From the NCBI RefSeq assembly GCF_009914755.1, contig NC_060947.1: a stretch of DNA of 64,000 nt; one strand, 5' to 3'. This DNA comes from the human T2T-CHM13v2.0 reference genome, Homo sapiens. The translations under genes were made by a program, and so were the position numbers. The notes below the pieces were generated by a model. It ran no database searches, had not been told where the DNA came from, and was given only the letters and a program-made list of their open reading frames with translations. Below, piece after piece: positions 47,143-61,850 of this stretch. How positions within the stretch are numbered: the first letter of the stretch is position 1; each line of letters starts with the position of its first letter.

Positions 47143-50100
47143 TGAGGTGTGACATTAAGTTGTCAATTTGTGCTCTTTCAGACTTTTTGATATAGACATT
47201 TAGCACTGTAAACTTTCCTCTTAGCACTGCTTTTGCCATATAACAGAGGTTTTGATAACGTGTGTCACTAGTACCATTCTTTTCAAATAAGTTTTAAATT
47301 TCCATCTTAGTTTCATTGTTAACCCAAAAATCATTCAAAACCAGACTAATTTCCATGTATTTGCATAGCTTTGAGGGTTCCTTTTGCAGTTGATTTCCAG
47401 TTTTATTCCATTGTGTTCTGAGAAGATGCTTGATCTGATTTTGAGTTTCTTAAATTTATTGAAACTTGTTTTGTGGTCTATCAGATGGTCTGTCTTGGAG
47501 AATATTCCATGTGCTGATGCGAAGAATGTATATTATGCAGTTGTTGGGAAGAATGTTCTGTAGATTTCTGTTAAGTACATTTGTTCTAGGATACAGTTTA
47601 TGTCTATTGTTTCTTTGTTGACTTTCTGTCTTGATGGTCTGTCTCGTGCTGTCAGTGGAATATTGAACTCTCCCACTCACTATGTTGCTGTCTATTTCAT
47701 TTCTTAGGTCTAGTAGTAATTGTTTTATAAATCTGGGAGCTCCAGTGTTAGGTGCATATAAATGCAGGATTGTAGTATCTTCTTGTTGGTCCTGAGAGAG
47801 GAGATTTTTAAGTGTTCTCATAACAAATAAAATCAAGTATGTGAGGTAATTCCTGCGTTAATTACTTTGATTTACCCATTTCACAGTGTATGCATGTGTC
47901 AAAACATCATGTTGTACAGTATAAATATATACCGTTTTTATTTGTCAATAAAAATAAATATAAATTTAAAAAAACACATATTTAACCATGGTTAAGAATG
48001 TATGTATGTGCACACTGAAGAACATATAATCTCCACGGTATCTTTCTCAGCATTAGGAGGAATGGATTTTAAAATATTATATAAAAACAAGAAAAGACTA
48101 AAGCAGTACCTGTTACAGATAACATTCTGAGGAAAAAGAACATTTGGACTTGCTAAAATGTTTTTGACATCTACATTGAGGACCCAAGAAAATGATTTTC
48201 TTTTTAGGTTTGGTTTCAGTTATCTTGTGCTAAAAATGTCTGTGAACATTAAATTTCTTTGATCTTTGTCTACGTAGCTATCACACTCTGTAATAAGTCT
48301 TTAATTATATGTTTTTGGCACTGCACCTGGTAGGTGAGAAGGACTGTTGCATTTCTGTTGTTCACTCATCAAATAGCAATTACCCTTCAACTCTCCTTAC
48401 CCCTGTTACTGTGAAAAAAAAAAAAAAATTCACCAATTTCTCTGCTGCCCACTAGAATCAGATAGTATAACATACAAACTGGTTTAGGAGAAAAGAATAT
48501 GTACAGGTGGTATATGCTGATGCCTCTATGTTTCTTCATTGCATTCAAATAACTTCTTACTTTATTCATGACATAAACTTGGTATGAGCTCTGTTTCATT
48601 TGCAGGGCTTATGGATTGGGAATGTGATTTTTTGGAATACGTTTACTTTAACAAAATTCCACAAAACTAAATGAAATTGGACATCCTGTGGTGTGCATGA
48701 TAGAATTTTAACTATATTACTTATCTTAGGAAAATAAACCAATACATTTTTCTTGTGGAAGTTAACATTTTATTATAAGTTTGACTGGTTATGTTACTAA
48801 GAAGGCATCTTTAATAAGTGTCCTAACATAATTATATCTACTATTTCAAACATCTGAAGAAGATAGAAAATGTGAGTAGCTTTTACTTGAATATTTGGAA
48901 TACTCTTTCCCTTCACTTCCCTTATTGACCGTAGATTGAAGAGTCTATTTTCATTGTCATTCAAATTTTTTGGTAATTTTTTCCTCATCATTACTTTGGA
49001 ACAAGACCTTCTCTTATACTTTTCTACCAATAATGTTTAAAGGAAGGTGGGGAGGAAAATATTCTTGATTGTTAGCCTGTTAGGCATTCAGATAGATTTG
49101 GGCATAAGCCATTTCTTAGACTATCTCCAAAGTAACTTAGACAGCTTATGAAATTGATTTTAATAAATAAGGAACTTTTATCCTTTTAGAGAGTGTTTAC
49201 TTATACTGTTGCCCTCAAGAGATTTTTATATGTAACTAGAGCATTTAAAATTATTTTGTAAATATGTAAGAGGAATTTGTCTTTATGCAATATAAACAGC
49301 TAGAAAGAATGCACATTTCCTACTTTGTAAGGAACTCCTAAAAATGGATGAGAGGCATGAAACATAGTAGGATTTTTGCAGTAAGACTGATAGAATAAAC
49401 GCAGCCAGAGAGAAAGATGGAATGTCTTCTTTGGTGTTTCTAAGGCAATTGTAATCTATCACAACATTGAAGTCACAACCACTCAGAGGTAGAACTGGTA
49501 AACTGATGCATTCAAACTTTCTATGAGTCACATGAAATAAATGATCAGTGACTGTCAGGCTTCGAAGGTTTATGCACAAATGTCTGAAAATGGTAGTGTT
49601 ACGTCAAATAGATATTTTATAATTGGTCAGAGATATCTCATGGATTAATCTACTATGATGAATAGTTTCCAAGGACATTCAAATGCCCAAAGCTATTGTG
49701 TTTGCTTTCATGTAGAGAAACCTGAGTGGACGTATATGTTTTTATGGATCTAAGACCAAGTCAGTTGTAGTGTACACAAATCCACGTATATATTATACAT
49801 GTTTATATATTTTTTAGTGGGTATATATATTGACAGTGAAACTGTTTATGATGTTTATTTAGCCGAACAAATTTTCCTTTTAAGATGCGGAAAATACTAA
49901 GGTTTACTTGGTTACTGTTTATGCAGATTTGATCCATGGACTGAATATGTGATACTGTTTATGTTGGGCTACATACTGGTTTTAATCACATGGAACTCTT
50001 TCTTTCCTTAAGTGTATGCAACTAAAATTTGGTTTTAGTTGCATTAAAAAACATTACAGTAGCAATATTGGTGTTTAAGTGAGATGTTTTCCTATTTAAA

Positions 50101-51128
50101 AAAAAACAAACCAAAACCCACCACTCAAGATAACATTTAAAGTCTCCTCAACCTTTTGAATTAGTTGTTTCACATGTTATAATTTTACCAAATTTCTGAA
50201 TTCCCCCAAGAAACCCTGAACTATCATTCATTTTATTTGATGTTCCAGTGATTCAGGTTGTAGTTTGAGATTACACATGGGAATAGAACACCATTAGAGG
50301 GAAATAAAATCCTTTGTACAGAACACATAACCCTCTATACTAGCCTTTAGCACTGCACAAACAGTGATAAAGGGATGACATGACTAATATTGGACTCCTT
50401 CACATGAGACCAATTGCCTTTACAGCTTATGGGATTCAGTATAGAAGTTTCTAATTTTAGCTTTAACTCTTTTGAAAGAGATGTTAATTTGGATAATCTA
50501 ATCATTGATGGACATGCAGTCACTATTTTCTATTATATCTTCATTGTATATAGCATACTGAACTCATCTGTTCATTACATCTTTGGTTTTACATTATATT
50601 TAAGTGAAATGTAACTAAATAATTCAGAGTCTGAATCTCAAATTTATGGGAGAAAGGTTGAGGTTTTGGGAAACTGTGAAATGTTGTCCTTTATAAGAAT
50701 CTATGAGGGAGCACAGTCTTATTCCCTCCTTCAATAGGTACATTTATAGAAAATTTTCCTCGTTTTGCTTTGCCCTGAAGAGCTAGAGAGGGGAGAATCT
50801 TGCTTTCTCTTAGATTTAGGGTTAATTGAATCTTCTGATACCTTCATTAAATGTAAGATTTTCTTTCCTTTGATCATGCTGATCAGTATAAGTGGGTCCT
50901 TTAAAAATAATGACCTTAGAAGTTCTAAAGGCTTGAGATAGGTTTCTGTTTTAAAACTTCAATATATTTTTGATATAATTCTGTCAGGATTATACATGAA
51001 CTAAAAATTCTCTCCCCCTCACCATTATAATTTCCATATCTATTCTGATGTGAATTGGCCAGCACTAAATACAATTAGAATTAAGTATACACAAAATTGG
51101 ATCGTGACCAGTTAAAACACATGAGGTT

Positions 51129-51422
<294 letters not shown>

Positions 51423-51459
51423 GAGGTAATATGAGTACCAAATATTTAAATTATAAAGT

Positions 51460-51543
51460 CTGGCCTCAAACTCTTGGGCTCAAATGATGCCCCTGTTTCA
51501 GCCTCCCGAATAGCTGAGATGACAGGCATGACACTGTGCCCCA
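51460..51543 (-). mobile_element. Alu monomer fragment (FLAM/FAM-like)
   Basis: caaactcttgggctcaaatgat..cagcctcccgaatagctgaga..acaggcatg. Confidence 0.7.
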
Positions 51544-52904
51544 GTCTTATTTTTAAACAAGTCAATAGAGTAAGTTTAGTATAATTTTAGTCATCTGCAT
51601 GTTTTATAAAAATTAATATAATTTTCATTAAGTGATTAAAAGTTGTGTTAATACTGTGGAAAAGGATTCTTTAATTTATGCCTAAAATTCATACTGCATT
51701 TTGGACTAGAAGATTCAAACAACATTCAGATTTTTGGTTTTTAACATTTTCCAAAAATTTCTTAATGGCTTTATTGTGATGTTTTATATACATTATTTCA
51801 TTTAATAGTCACAAAGACTTCATGGGGTATAGGTAGTATTCTCATCCCTATTTTGAAAATGCAAAAACAAGCTTAGAAAATTTACGTATATTATCAAAAG
51901 TAACACAACTAGAATATGTAGAGATGAGATTAGAACCTAGATCTGTTTTCCTCTAAAGCTTATGCATTTAGCCATGCAGCTATGTGGCCCCACAGCATAA
52001 TCCAATGATGGATGATGGAATATTTTCTTTATTTTTGGGTGAACTTGGAAAAAAGTCTTTAATTTTTAGCTTTTTGAGCAGCGTAACAGATATTAGCCTC
52101 CCTGATAGATACAGCCAAACCTTTTTTACATAGGGTTGGAAGATGCTGTCTCACTGTGATTCAGACCTCTTGTTCCCAATATAAGCTTCCTGGCTTCCTT
52201 TTTAGTCTCCAGATATAATCTTGGCTGCTGGTTCACTCAAACATTAATCTTCCTGACTGGTCTATTGTTTTTGTTTGGGTGGTTCATTTGTTCCACTTGG
52301 TCTCCTGACATGTGACCACAAATGTCAACTTGGATGTGTAGCATGTTAAGACAGTTCTTTAACTTAGGTAACTTATAACACAAAATCACCAATATGTTAA
52401 TACCTTAAAAAGTGAGATCGTGGACTTACATAGCCCATCCAAAAAGAAATAGTATAAGCTACATTTTGGCCCTATTCTTTCTGATAAACTACCTTACCTA
52501 AATGTTGACTGAAAATTTTAGCTGAAGTCTCCAGTTATCTGTCCTTAACAGTATTTTGTAGATGTCTTATGATGCTCAGGACTTTACTTATCCTATCTAA
52601 ATAAATGAACTAAGCTGTTAAATAATGAAACGTATGTTTGTCTGTCTAGGCATAGATATGTAGATATAAACCGTTCTGTAACACCACTAATTCTTCTTAA
52701 GCAAGGTATTAGAGCTATTAGCTAGATGTTATAGAAAATTGTGTACCGGTCCTCTTTTAGTAATTTCTAAGGATGTGGTTGAAATAAGCATGTGCTTAGG
52801 AGTCAGATATGGATTTGAGGCCTAGAACTGCTACTTACTTGTTGAGTGATGTTTGGGAAGTCACTTAACTACTTTGCTTCTCAGTTTCTTTACCTAGAAA
52901 CAAT

Positions 52905-53545
52905 TTTCAGAATGGCTAAACTTAAAAAGACTGACAAGGATTTGGGGCAATTAGAACTGTGATATTTTGCTGAAGGAGTGCCAGATAGCCACTTTGGAAA
53001 GCAGTTTTTAAACCGTTAAACATCTACTTACCATAAGACCCAGCTGTTCCACTCCTAGATATTTTTTTAACAGAAATGAAAGCATGCTTACACAGATAAC
53101 TTACATGTCAATGTTTGTATCAGCTCTATTCATAATCATCAAAACCTGGGGACAACTGAAATACTCATCAAATAATTAATAGATAAACAAATTGTGGTAT
53201 ATTCATACAGTAACAAGGAATGGAATACTAATACATGCAACGAAATGGTTGAATATCATAGTATTCATGCTAAGTAAAAGAAGCCAAACACAAAATTTGA
53301 AAACTGTACAATTCTTTTATAATTATATTCTGGCAAGCACAAAACTATAGGGACCCAAATCAGATAAGTAGTTGCCAGGATGCTGGGAGTAGGGAAAAGG
53401 GATTGACTGCAAAGGGGAATAAGGGAATATTTTAGGGTGATGAAAACGTTTTATATCTTATTTGTATTGGTGGTTACATGACTATACATTTGTTAAAATG
53501 ATAAATTTTACTATATATAAATCATACCTCAGTAAAAAGGAAAGA
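52905..53545 (+). mobile_element. Ancient L1MC/ME 3' end
   Basis: ccactttggaaagcagttt, gacccagctgttccactcctag and ggcaagcacaaaactatag motifs. Confidence 0.7.
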
Positions 53546-53838
53546 AAAAATAACTCATGTTTGGGTTGGTTATGAAAATTATTAAGAGTAATTTTCCTCC
53601 GTTTTTCCTTCTGTTTGGTTCTTCATTATTCTCTGCCTGTTCTGTGTCCCTCATAAATGTAAGGTCCATGAGAAATGTCAGTTTCTTATTTCAGGGCTGA
53701 GATAGTACAGAAAAATTTATGTCTTTGTCTGTAATCTCTGAGTAAGATTTTAAATCAGGTCATCAACTGTATTCTTATCATTCTAGATGTTCCAGTTAGT
53801 ACTAAATAATTCAGAGCTGGAATTTGCATACTCCATGA

Positions 53839-54180
<342 letters not shown>

Positions 54181-54323
54181 TCAACTGGATTCCTGATCTG
54201 TGTTCTGCGGCACTGGGAGGGCACAGTATGGTTGGGAGGGCATGTAAAGCAGCCTTGAGTTCTGAGCCTGAGTCTTGCCTGAGAAAGGCTTCCCCTGCTT
54301 CTCAGCAATCCATTGTTCCCTGC

Positions 54324-54508
54324 CAGTGGTTCTCAAACTTGAGCAAGCATCAGATTCACCAGGAGAATTAGTTAAAACATACATTTCTATCTTCCTCCCA
54401 GCTACTGATTCAGTAGGTCTGAGGTAGGGCACAAGCATTTTGATTTCTAACAAGTTCCCAGATGATGTCAATGCTGCTGATTTGGAGTGCACACTTTGAG
54501 AACCCTTG
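54324..54508. mobile_element. MER5A (hAT-Charlie MITE)
   Basis: TIRs CAGTGGTTCTCAAA and TTTGAGAACCCTTG; internal gattcagtaggtctg and tttctaacaagttcccagatgatg. Confidence 0.85.
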
Positions 54509-55954
54509 ATTTATGCTTACTTCTAGTGTTTCAATGTCAGAATTTCTGCCCACATGCTCACATACAGGAGCCAACATTTTGTTTTTAAACTGCCTCCTCA
54601 TTTCATGACCACTTTTGTATTGGCTGAAATCAGTATACTCTATGTATATGAGAAAGGGAGGCTGGGGGAGGGGGGTGGAGGAGAAAGAGAGAAAGAGAAG
54701 CAGTAAAACAGTAAGTGCTTGGCTGGAGTTCACAAAGTGTTTGATGTCTGAAAGGCAGAGAAATGGTGGTGCTGGCAAGAGAAAAAGGAAACAAAGCTAT
54801 GTCTAGCCACACCTCCTTCCTTTTAACCTCTTGCGCATCGTCATCGTTCGTAATTATTTTATCCCCTTAGCAACGGGCTCATTTCAGGCTCCCATTCTCT
54901 CTACTTTAAAAGTTTTAAAGACTCTTACTAGGCCTCCTCTGCCCATTGGCCTAAAATATTCTCATTTAAGACTTTTCCCTGTCTAGCTTGTAATAATAGG
55001 TCCTGCCTCCTCACACTTAAGTTGTATGATTGTATCTTATTTTTTTTAAGAAAAATAGTAATTTTCCCTGAATAAAACCAAAGTACCATAAACTGCATCA
55101 TTTGAAACAGGGGATGTGTGGGCGACTGATTTCAATTGAACAAATATGAATCATGTTCTTGTGAATCATGCTTCCCTACACCAAGAAAGAAATAACCCTA
55201 ATAATTTTAATAGCAGTAGACATAAAGAGAATATAAGTAAAATTCAGAATTTTAGAAACAATTTGTGGTAAATTTAAAGAAATCATGGATTATTTCATCT
55301 TCCCAAATACCAAAGCGGATATTGAGGACTATATATAAATTTGTTCAGAATTCCTATTATGTAAAGGTTATTGCAGGGTACAGTGTGCTGTAGTGATATC
55401 TGCTGATTTTTCTCTGTGATAAATTATATATTACATATTATTTAAGTATATTATACTTAAAGCTGATGTCCCTTTATCCCTCTACCACCACCTCACTGAT
55501 TATCGAGGCTTTAGAGAAAATAGCTGGTTGCACTAGATGATTACATGCCTCAATTGGATAGTAGCTTGTTGCCAATTATCATTACAGTGCCATGTTGATT
55601 TTTTTTCTTGTTTCCATTATGGAAATTAAAGCAGAATTTGTTTAAAATGAGCTTCTATGTATATTGTGGATGGCGATTGGTTCTGAATATGAGCTATTTT
55701 AAAAATATATTTTCTTCAGTGGTGTGATGTCTCTGATATTCCCTTAAAAATTTAGGTCTCTGCTTTGTTGATAAGATTTACCTTAGGTAGCTATGAAATG
55801 GATAAAGACTGGAATGGAATGGTTTAAATATAGACAGCATAGATGTTATTATTTCACATAAGTCTATATATTGATTTATGTTTATGATGTTCTTGGGTAG
55901 TATGAGATTGCTTATTCTATTAACCATACAGCCAGTAAATTTAATTAAATTTAA

Positions 55955-57490
55955 ATTAGCAAATACTTACTTAGTGTTGGCTCTATTTAATATAAATATT
56001 TAGTGGCTATATATGAGCTACCTTGCTAAACACTATGAAACATAGAAATATTAATGAAATGATATAACTATCTTTAGAGAATTTACATGCCAAAGGGGTA
56101 GGTAAGACATGGCAAGAATCATTATGATTATGTCAAGCAGTAAGAGATAAATATTACATGGAGATTTTGAGGAAAAGGAACTCATTTGATTGGAGGAATT
56201 ACAGGGGAAAACATTAATGACTTAAAACAGCCAATTTTAGTTTTAAATAGTTGGGAGAGATGGAGTTGAGGTTACTTTCTGGGAAGAAAGAATAAATGAG
56301 CTAACATGAGGAAGTGCAAGGTGGGCTCCAGCAATGATAATTTGTCTGATTTTATTGGCACATGTGTCTTAAGGCCTGAGGCTGGAAAGGTAGATTGAGG
56401 CTACATCAGAATGTTGAGCCAAATGATTTAAAATGTATTAAGTAGTCCAGGGAAAATTTTTGGACAGAAAACTTTGGTTGAGGGCAATTTAATCTGTCAT
56501 TTTATAAAATGATTAAGAGAAAAGAATGAAGTTGGGGAATCACCAATTGGGAGTCTCCAGGCTTATTAAAGGAAAGATAACTAGGACTAAACCAGAATGT
56601 TAGCAGAGGCATTGGAAAGGAAGAAAGGGGCCATTTGGAGGAGGCATTCTAGAAGTAGAAGTAGAAGTAGAATATTTGTGAATAATGCTCTACATTAGCA
56701 GTGTTTCAGCCTTCTGCCACACAGGAGAATTTATGTCCAGCCAATCTCCTAAACCTGCGTACTCAGCTCCTGCCACATGGGTCTCCTCACAGTTCCTGGA
56801 ACATTCTAAACACACTAGCTAATGCCTCATGACCCAATTTGCCCTTAATCCTTCTACTTGGAAAGTCCTCACTTTCAGAGTTCTGCTGAAATACCTAACC
56901 TTATCAAAGAATCTTTCCTGATCACACAATGAAAAATAGCAGCCTGCCACTCCTTTCATTCTATTTTCCAAGGTTTATTTTTCTTCATTGCATCAAAGCA
57001 ATTATTACATTTATTATATAGTTAGTTATTTGTTCACTGTCTCCCTATCTCTAGATAGTAAAGTCCATGAGGCTAGTTGCTTAGTTTTGTTGCTTGTTAT
57101 GTATCTCTCTCACCTAGAACATGCTTGGAACTTTGTAGACACTCGACAAATATTTGTTGACTGAATAAATAGAATAAATGCAAAGGTGAAAGAAATGGGT
57201 CATCAAATAATTATGCCAGTATTTCAAGTCTGAAGAATTAAAAGGGTAGTGATGTTATTAATAAAGTATCAAAGAGTGGAAGATAAGTTGACTTAGGGGT
57301 ATGGAGACAGAGGAAGATGAATTCAGCTTGTGAATTCATGCTTAAGTATGTCATGCTGGTGAAACAACCAAGGCAGTGCTGTGTAATGGGCAATCTAAAA
57401 TGTGGAGAAGTCTAGGATTGAGGCAAAGATCACTGAGTCATCCTCATAGAGTCAATACTTGAAGCAGTGGGAATTGAAAAAATAATGACA
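55955..57490. mobile_element. L2 cluster: antisense pieces (~55955-56650, ~57200-57490) flanking a sense L2 3' end (~56730-57180)
   Basis: The sense piece ends acaaatatttgttgactgaataaat; the flanks show purine-rich antisense L2 motifs. Confidence 0.55.
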
Positions 57491-57602
57491 AGCAATATTG
57501 AGACAGAATTATCAGATTTGAAAATTAAAATTTTATTTTGGATATTTAATGTTTTAAAATTACTAACTTACTTATACATCTAATTTTTTGTTTATTTCTC
57601 AG

Positions 57603-57677
57603 CTGGGTTAACAACTTTGGCCATGAAGGTCTTGGACTCTTATTGGATGAGCTGGAAAAGCTTCTGGACAAAAAACA
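57603..57677 (+). CDS. DIAPH2: DIAPH2 coding exon (75 nt; WVNNFGHEGLGLLLDELEKLLDKKQ)
   Basis: Acceptor tttatttctcag| and donor CA|gtaaga; phase 2-2, in frame with both neighbours. Confidence 0.96.
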
Positions 57678-57757
57678 GTAAGAATAAACACTGAAATTAA
57701 AATCACCAAAGGGAAAATGTTTCAGCACAACATAATATACATTTTTCTTTTATTTAG

Positions 57758-57827
57758 GCAAGAAAATATTGACAAGAAGAATCAGTATAAACTTATTCAA
57801 TGCCTCAAAGCATTTATGAATAATAAG
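57758..57827 (+). CDS. DIAPH2: DIAPH2 coding exon (70 nt; QENIDKKNQYKLIQCLKAFMNNK)
   Basis: Acceptor tttttcttttatttag| after an 80-nt intron and donor AAG|gtaagt. Contains the formin DID motif CLKAFMNN. Confidence 0.96.
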
Positions 57828-57906
57828 GTAAGTAGTATTTATTTCTGCCCCTGTCACAAAAGGTGGGAACTTGCCCAACACTATGAAAGTATGAAATGAA
57901 CAAAAT

Positions 57907-58055
57907 ATTTTTTTATTATTTTTTTTAATTTCCAGGGTACATGTACATAGGCGAACATGTGCCATGGTGGTTTGATGCACAAATCGACCCATCAACCTAA
58001 ATAATAAACCCGGCATGCATTAACTCTTTTCCCTCATCATCTTCCCCACCCCGTA
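57907..58055 (-). mobile_element. Short older L1PA 3'-end fragment
   Basis: ccagggtacatgt..catgtgccatggtggtttg.tgcac..atc.accc; TATTTTTT on both sides. Confidence 0.7.
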
Positions 58056-61000
58056 CCTATTTTTTACTTATGTTTCTGCTGTACTAATTAATTGTAGACT
58101 AGTTATTACAGGCTTATAAATAATAAGTGTTTATAAAGTTTTACAGTGAGGTTAAATACACATTTGAAACCATATATAAAAGATAAATTTGATGTTTAAT
58201 TTTCCAAAATGTGAGCTATTGTTAGTTTTCTCGATTTTTTTTTTTTTATTTCTATGCTGATATTTCATTTTAACCAAAGAAGTCCTCACAGCATCCAGAG
58301 GATTTCAGGGATGATATAACTTCTGTAGATCTAAATCTTTTAAAAAATGGAGCCCTATTCCAATGTTTCTTCTATTCAAATATATTGCTTTCATATAGGG
58401 AAGATAGATAAAACAGTACTTTCCATTGTCTATGCTGCTAATTTCCTCAGGAGGGTGAGCTAGTCAATGAAACAAACAAAAAAAATGATTGGAAAAAGTG
58501 TATTTGACTCTTGTCTATAATTTAGAAATGCTGTGTCTGATTCTTATTCTGTTTATTCCTCCAATAATTTCTTTCATGTGAACAGAGGTCTTTTTGATTT
58601 TATAGTATACTAAATGTTCAGAAAACATAACAAAAAGAAAGAAATGAACAAAATAGTGAGTGCTTGTTCAGTTTACAAAAGGGTCTTTATGATGTAAATC
58701 CTTATAATATTTAAGTAATACTTACATGAAAGTTATACTTTGCTTCACAAAATATTTATTGGTGGGTTTTTGAAATCATGCAAATGAATTAGTGTTGTTC
58801 CCAATTTTGGTAATAATGCTTTTTCTTTAATGGTAGTAGGAAAATTTAAATGTCGTTTGTTGAATATGTTTCCACACAGAGAATTTCTGTTCTATTGAAA
58901 AGGAAAATTATAGGGATGGGTTGACTTATTTGCTAAGAACATTGTAAGATTGAGATTTCTCTTTCTTTTATGTTTTATTAATGTCAGCAAGTTTACATAC
59001 ATATAAGACATCTCTGAAAAATTGCAGGGCTTTTTATGTATATGTATAATACTAGTTGTATTATAAGGGACCCTGTGAATTTTAGACAATAATTTTTCTT
59101 CTAAAAATAGACTTTACTCAGGTTATGAAGTTACAGTATTTTTTCTATAAACTATTTTTTTTACTGTCTTAGAAATGACCTCTTCATACCTATAGATAAA
59201 ATACTATTGACTAATTCACTTAATCACCTAATTCCCTTTACATAGTATTTTAATAATCTCAAAATAGATAATAGAAATAATTACAACAACAAGTAGAAGT
59301 TTGCCAAATGTAAAATATGGCTATTAATAACCAATGCAATAAGATTATATATTAATCTATAGACAGTCTCAAGCATATGGAAATACATATAAGTATTTAT
59401 ATATTATACATACATGTATCAGCAAAGAATGTTACTGTATGAGCATATGCAATGAATGCTTGCTAGTGGACATGAGACTCCTGAATATGCTAGTTGTACT
59501 GTTTCTGGAAGTTTCTTACAGAAATATTCCCATCACTACTAGTACAGATTTTCTCAAAATCTGGGCTCTTAGTCTTTGGCTACAAAGTTAAACAGAATCT
59601 GATGCCCAACAAGGAAATAATGAGCATTGCTTCTTCACAGCTCAAGATAGATCTCTTTCGTCAATTGAGGGAAACAATGACATAATGGAAAGATAACACA
59701 GTTCTAGAATTCAGGAGATATATATAGTTCATGCTTTGTTCCTAATAAGTTGTGTGGCCTTTGGAAAATTACTTGACCTCTCTGAGTATCAGTCCCCTCA
59801 TCTGTAAATTTAGCTATAGGACACTTTGTTCTAAATTCTTATTGACTCATGTTGTCAATTGTCGTGGCTTTTCAGGATGCTAAGTAATTTTAATCAGGAC
59901 AGTCACTAGAGAGAGTCATAATAGTAAGATTCTTATAGAGCCCTTTTTTTTTTTAACAGAACATACTTTGATTTGTCAACATTTAGTTTCTTAAGAGTTT
60001 GGCAGTTTCGGAAAGCATAATGATTTGACTTAGATTATTCGAAATTGATGTTTTTAGTTAGGCCACGTTAATGTCTTGCACATAGGTGCTCAGAGCATGG
60101 ATTAATGGATCTTTTGAATTATAGACATGTGAAACAATAGGCATAAAATATGCCTTCAGAATAGAAAATATGCAGTGATCTTTTCACTTCATGTTGGAAT
60201 AAATTGTCCAGATCAAGGAATTAAGCTTTTATCCAAAATGACTTACACATCAAATTTTTTGGCCCCATGGAGTTTAGATTACCTACTTCAAAAACTCCTT
60301 TCTTTTATCCAATACATGTAACAATAGGATCATAAAAAGCAACCCATTGTTTCTTAACTTCCAGTACTATAATATTGCTCTGATGTTTGGATTAATGATT
60401 TTCCAGATATATTTTTCATGTCTTCTTTTTTATTTTTGATGTGTCTCTATATATTAAAAACTACTTATAAACATTAAGTAAAATTTTTAAAACCTAATGA
60501 TTTCACTCTCAGTCTCAATGACTCATAAAGCTATTAAGTTTGGTAATTGCGTGGTCATTGTCTCTCAGTTTTGCAAATGTGTTTTTCACTAATATTCATT
60601 ACTTTTAATCATCTACTGGCCACCTTTATACATACTTATCTATTTTGTTTTTGTTGCTTCTTTCAAGACTTGTTTCTTGCATTTTCTTTTTTTTTTTGGT
60701 CTTATCTCCATATATTTTCCTATTTATTATGACCTGTGATAAACTCACATTTAAGAGCTTTAGCTATGTTCCCCATCTGCCACTCGGAGTTCTTTTAGAA
60801 ATTAAATTAGGGCTGATGGAACTATTCATATGGTTGGTAATTAACTGAAGTTTAGCTGAAATGGAAATTTTGCTCCGATGAAATATCCAATTTCACCATT
60901 AGACTGTAAAATGAAGCAAAAATATTTTATAAGAAATCTGAAAAATACTTTGTGGGACAAAGATAAAATAATATATTGCTTTCTTAATGTAATGAAAACT

Positions 61001-61713
61001 CAAGTTTTAGACTTTCATTAGAATTTCTTTACTTATTTATTAAGTGCGTGCATGCACACGCATGCACACACATATTCATGCTTAGAAAATAAATGAAAAT
61101 GGTGTTTTCTCTCCTTAGTTGACTTGTGACACTTAATAAAACCCAGGTGCCATTTCTTTAGGTTCACAGCTTTTGTAGTGCAGCACAGCTGTCTGAATCA
61201 GGGAGGATAAGAGAGAGAAGGCATGGGAATATCCATACTGAGGCTTATACTGGCATATAGTATTCAAAAGAGCCTTTTAAAAAAAATTTCTCTTTTTCTT
61301 CACCTTAATTTTTCATACAAACATATTGGACAATTTAACCACGAATTCCAGACATCTCCAGGGAGACCCAGTGACATAAGTAGAATCTTACTTTAGAAAA
61401 TCATATCAGTATGCGCTTTATATGTTATTCTTTGTTGAAGAAATACTGATTGTTCCCATATTTCTCCAAATTTATGGAATTTTTAGGGCAGGCTAATGGA
61501 GATATATCTGATCAAGGAGCAACAACTCCAAGATGCAGTGATTTCATATAAAAAACAAAGACAGATAACTGCATTTGAAGAATATTCATATAATTAGGTA
61601 GAACCTCATTGTGGGGGTATGGGTTTTTGGAAGATCATTGTACGTTGCTTTTTTAAATTAAAGATATATTCCATAGACATTCTGAATGAAGGTTTTTTTT
61701 TTTTTTTTTTTAG

Positions 61714-61850
61714 TTTGGATTACAAAGGATTCTAGGAGATGAAAGAAGTCTTTTACTATTGGCAAGAGCAATTGACCCCAAACAACCCAACATGATGACT
61801 GAAATAGTAAAAATACTTTCTGCTATTTGCATTGTTGGAGAAGAGAACAT
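61714..61850 (+). CDS. DIAPH2: DIAPH2 coding exon (137 nt; FGLQRILGDERSLLLLARAIDPKQPNMMTEIVKILSAICIVGEENI)
   Basis: T19-AG acceptor and donor AT|gtaagt; continues the reading frame. Confidence 0.96.

Noticed and set aside
55441-55461. Palindrome TTTAAGTATA-t-TATACTTAAA
   Set aside because: 10-bp AT-rich arms can arise by chance in a 64-kb AT-rich window; no supporting context.
57717-57899. 60-aa ORF as a separate gene
   Set aside because: It is the DIAPH2 70-nt exon frame extended into the flanking introns.
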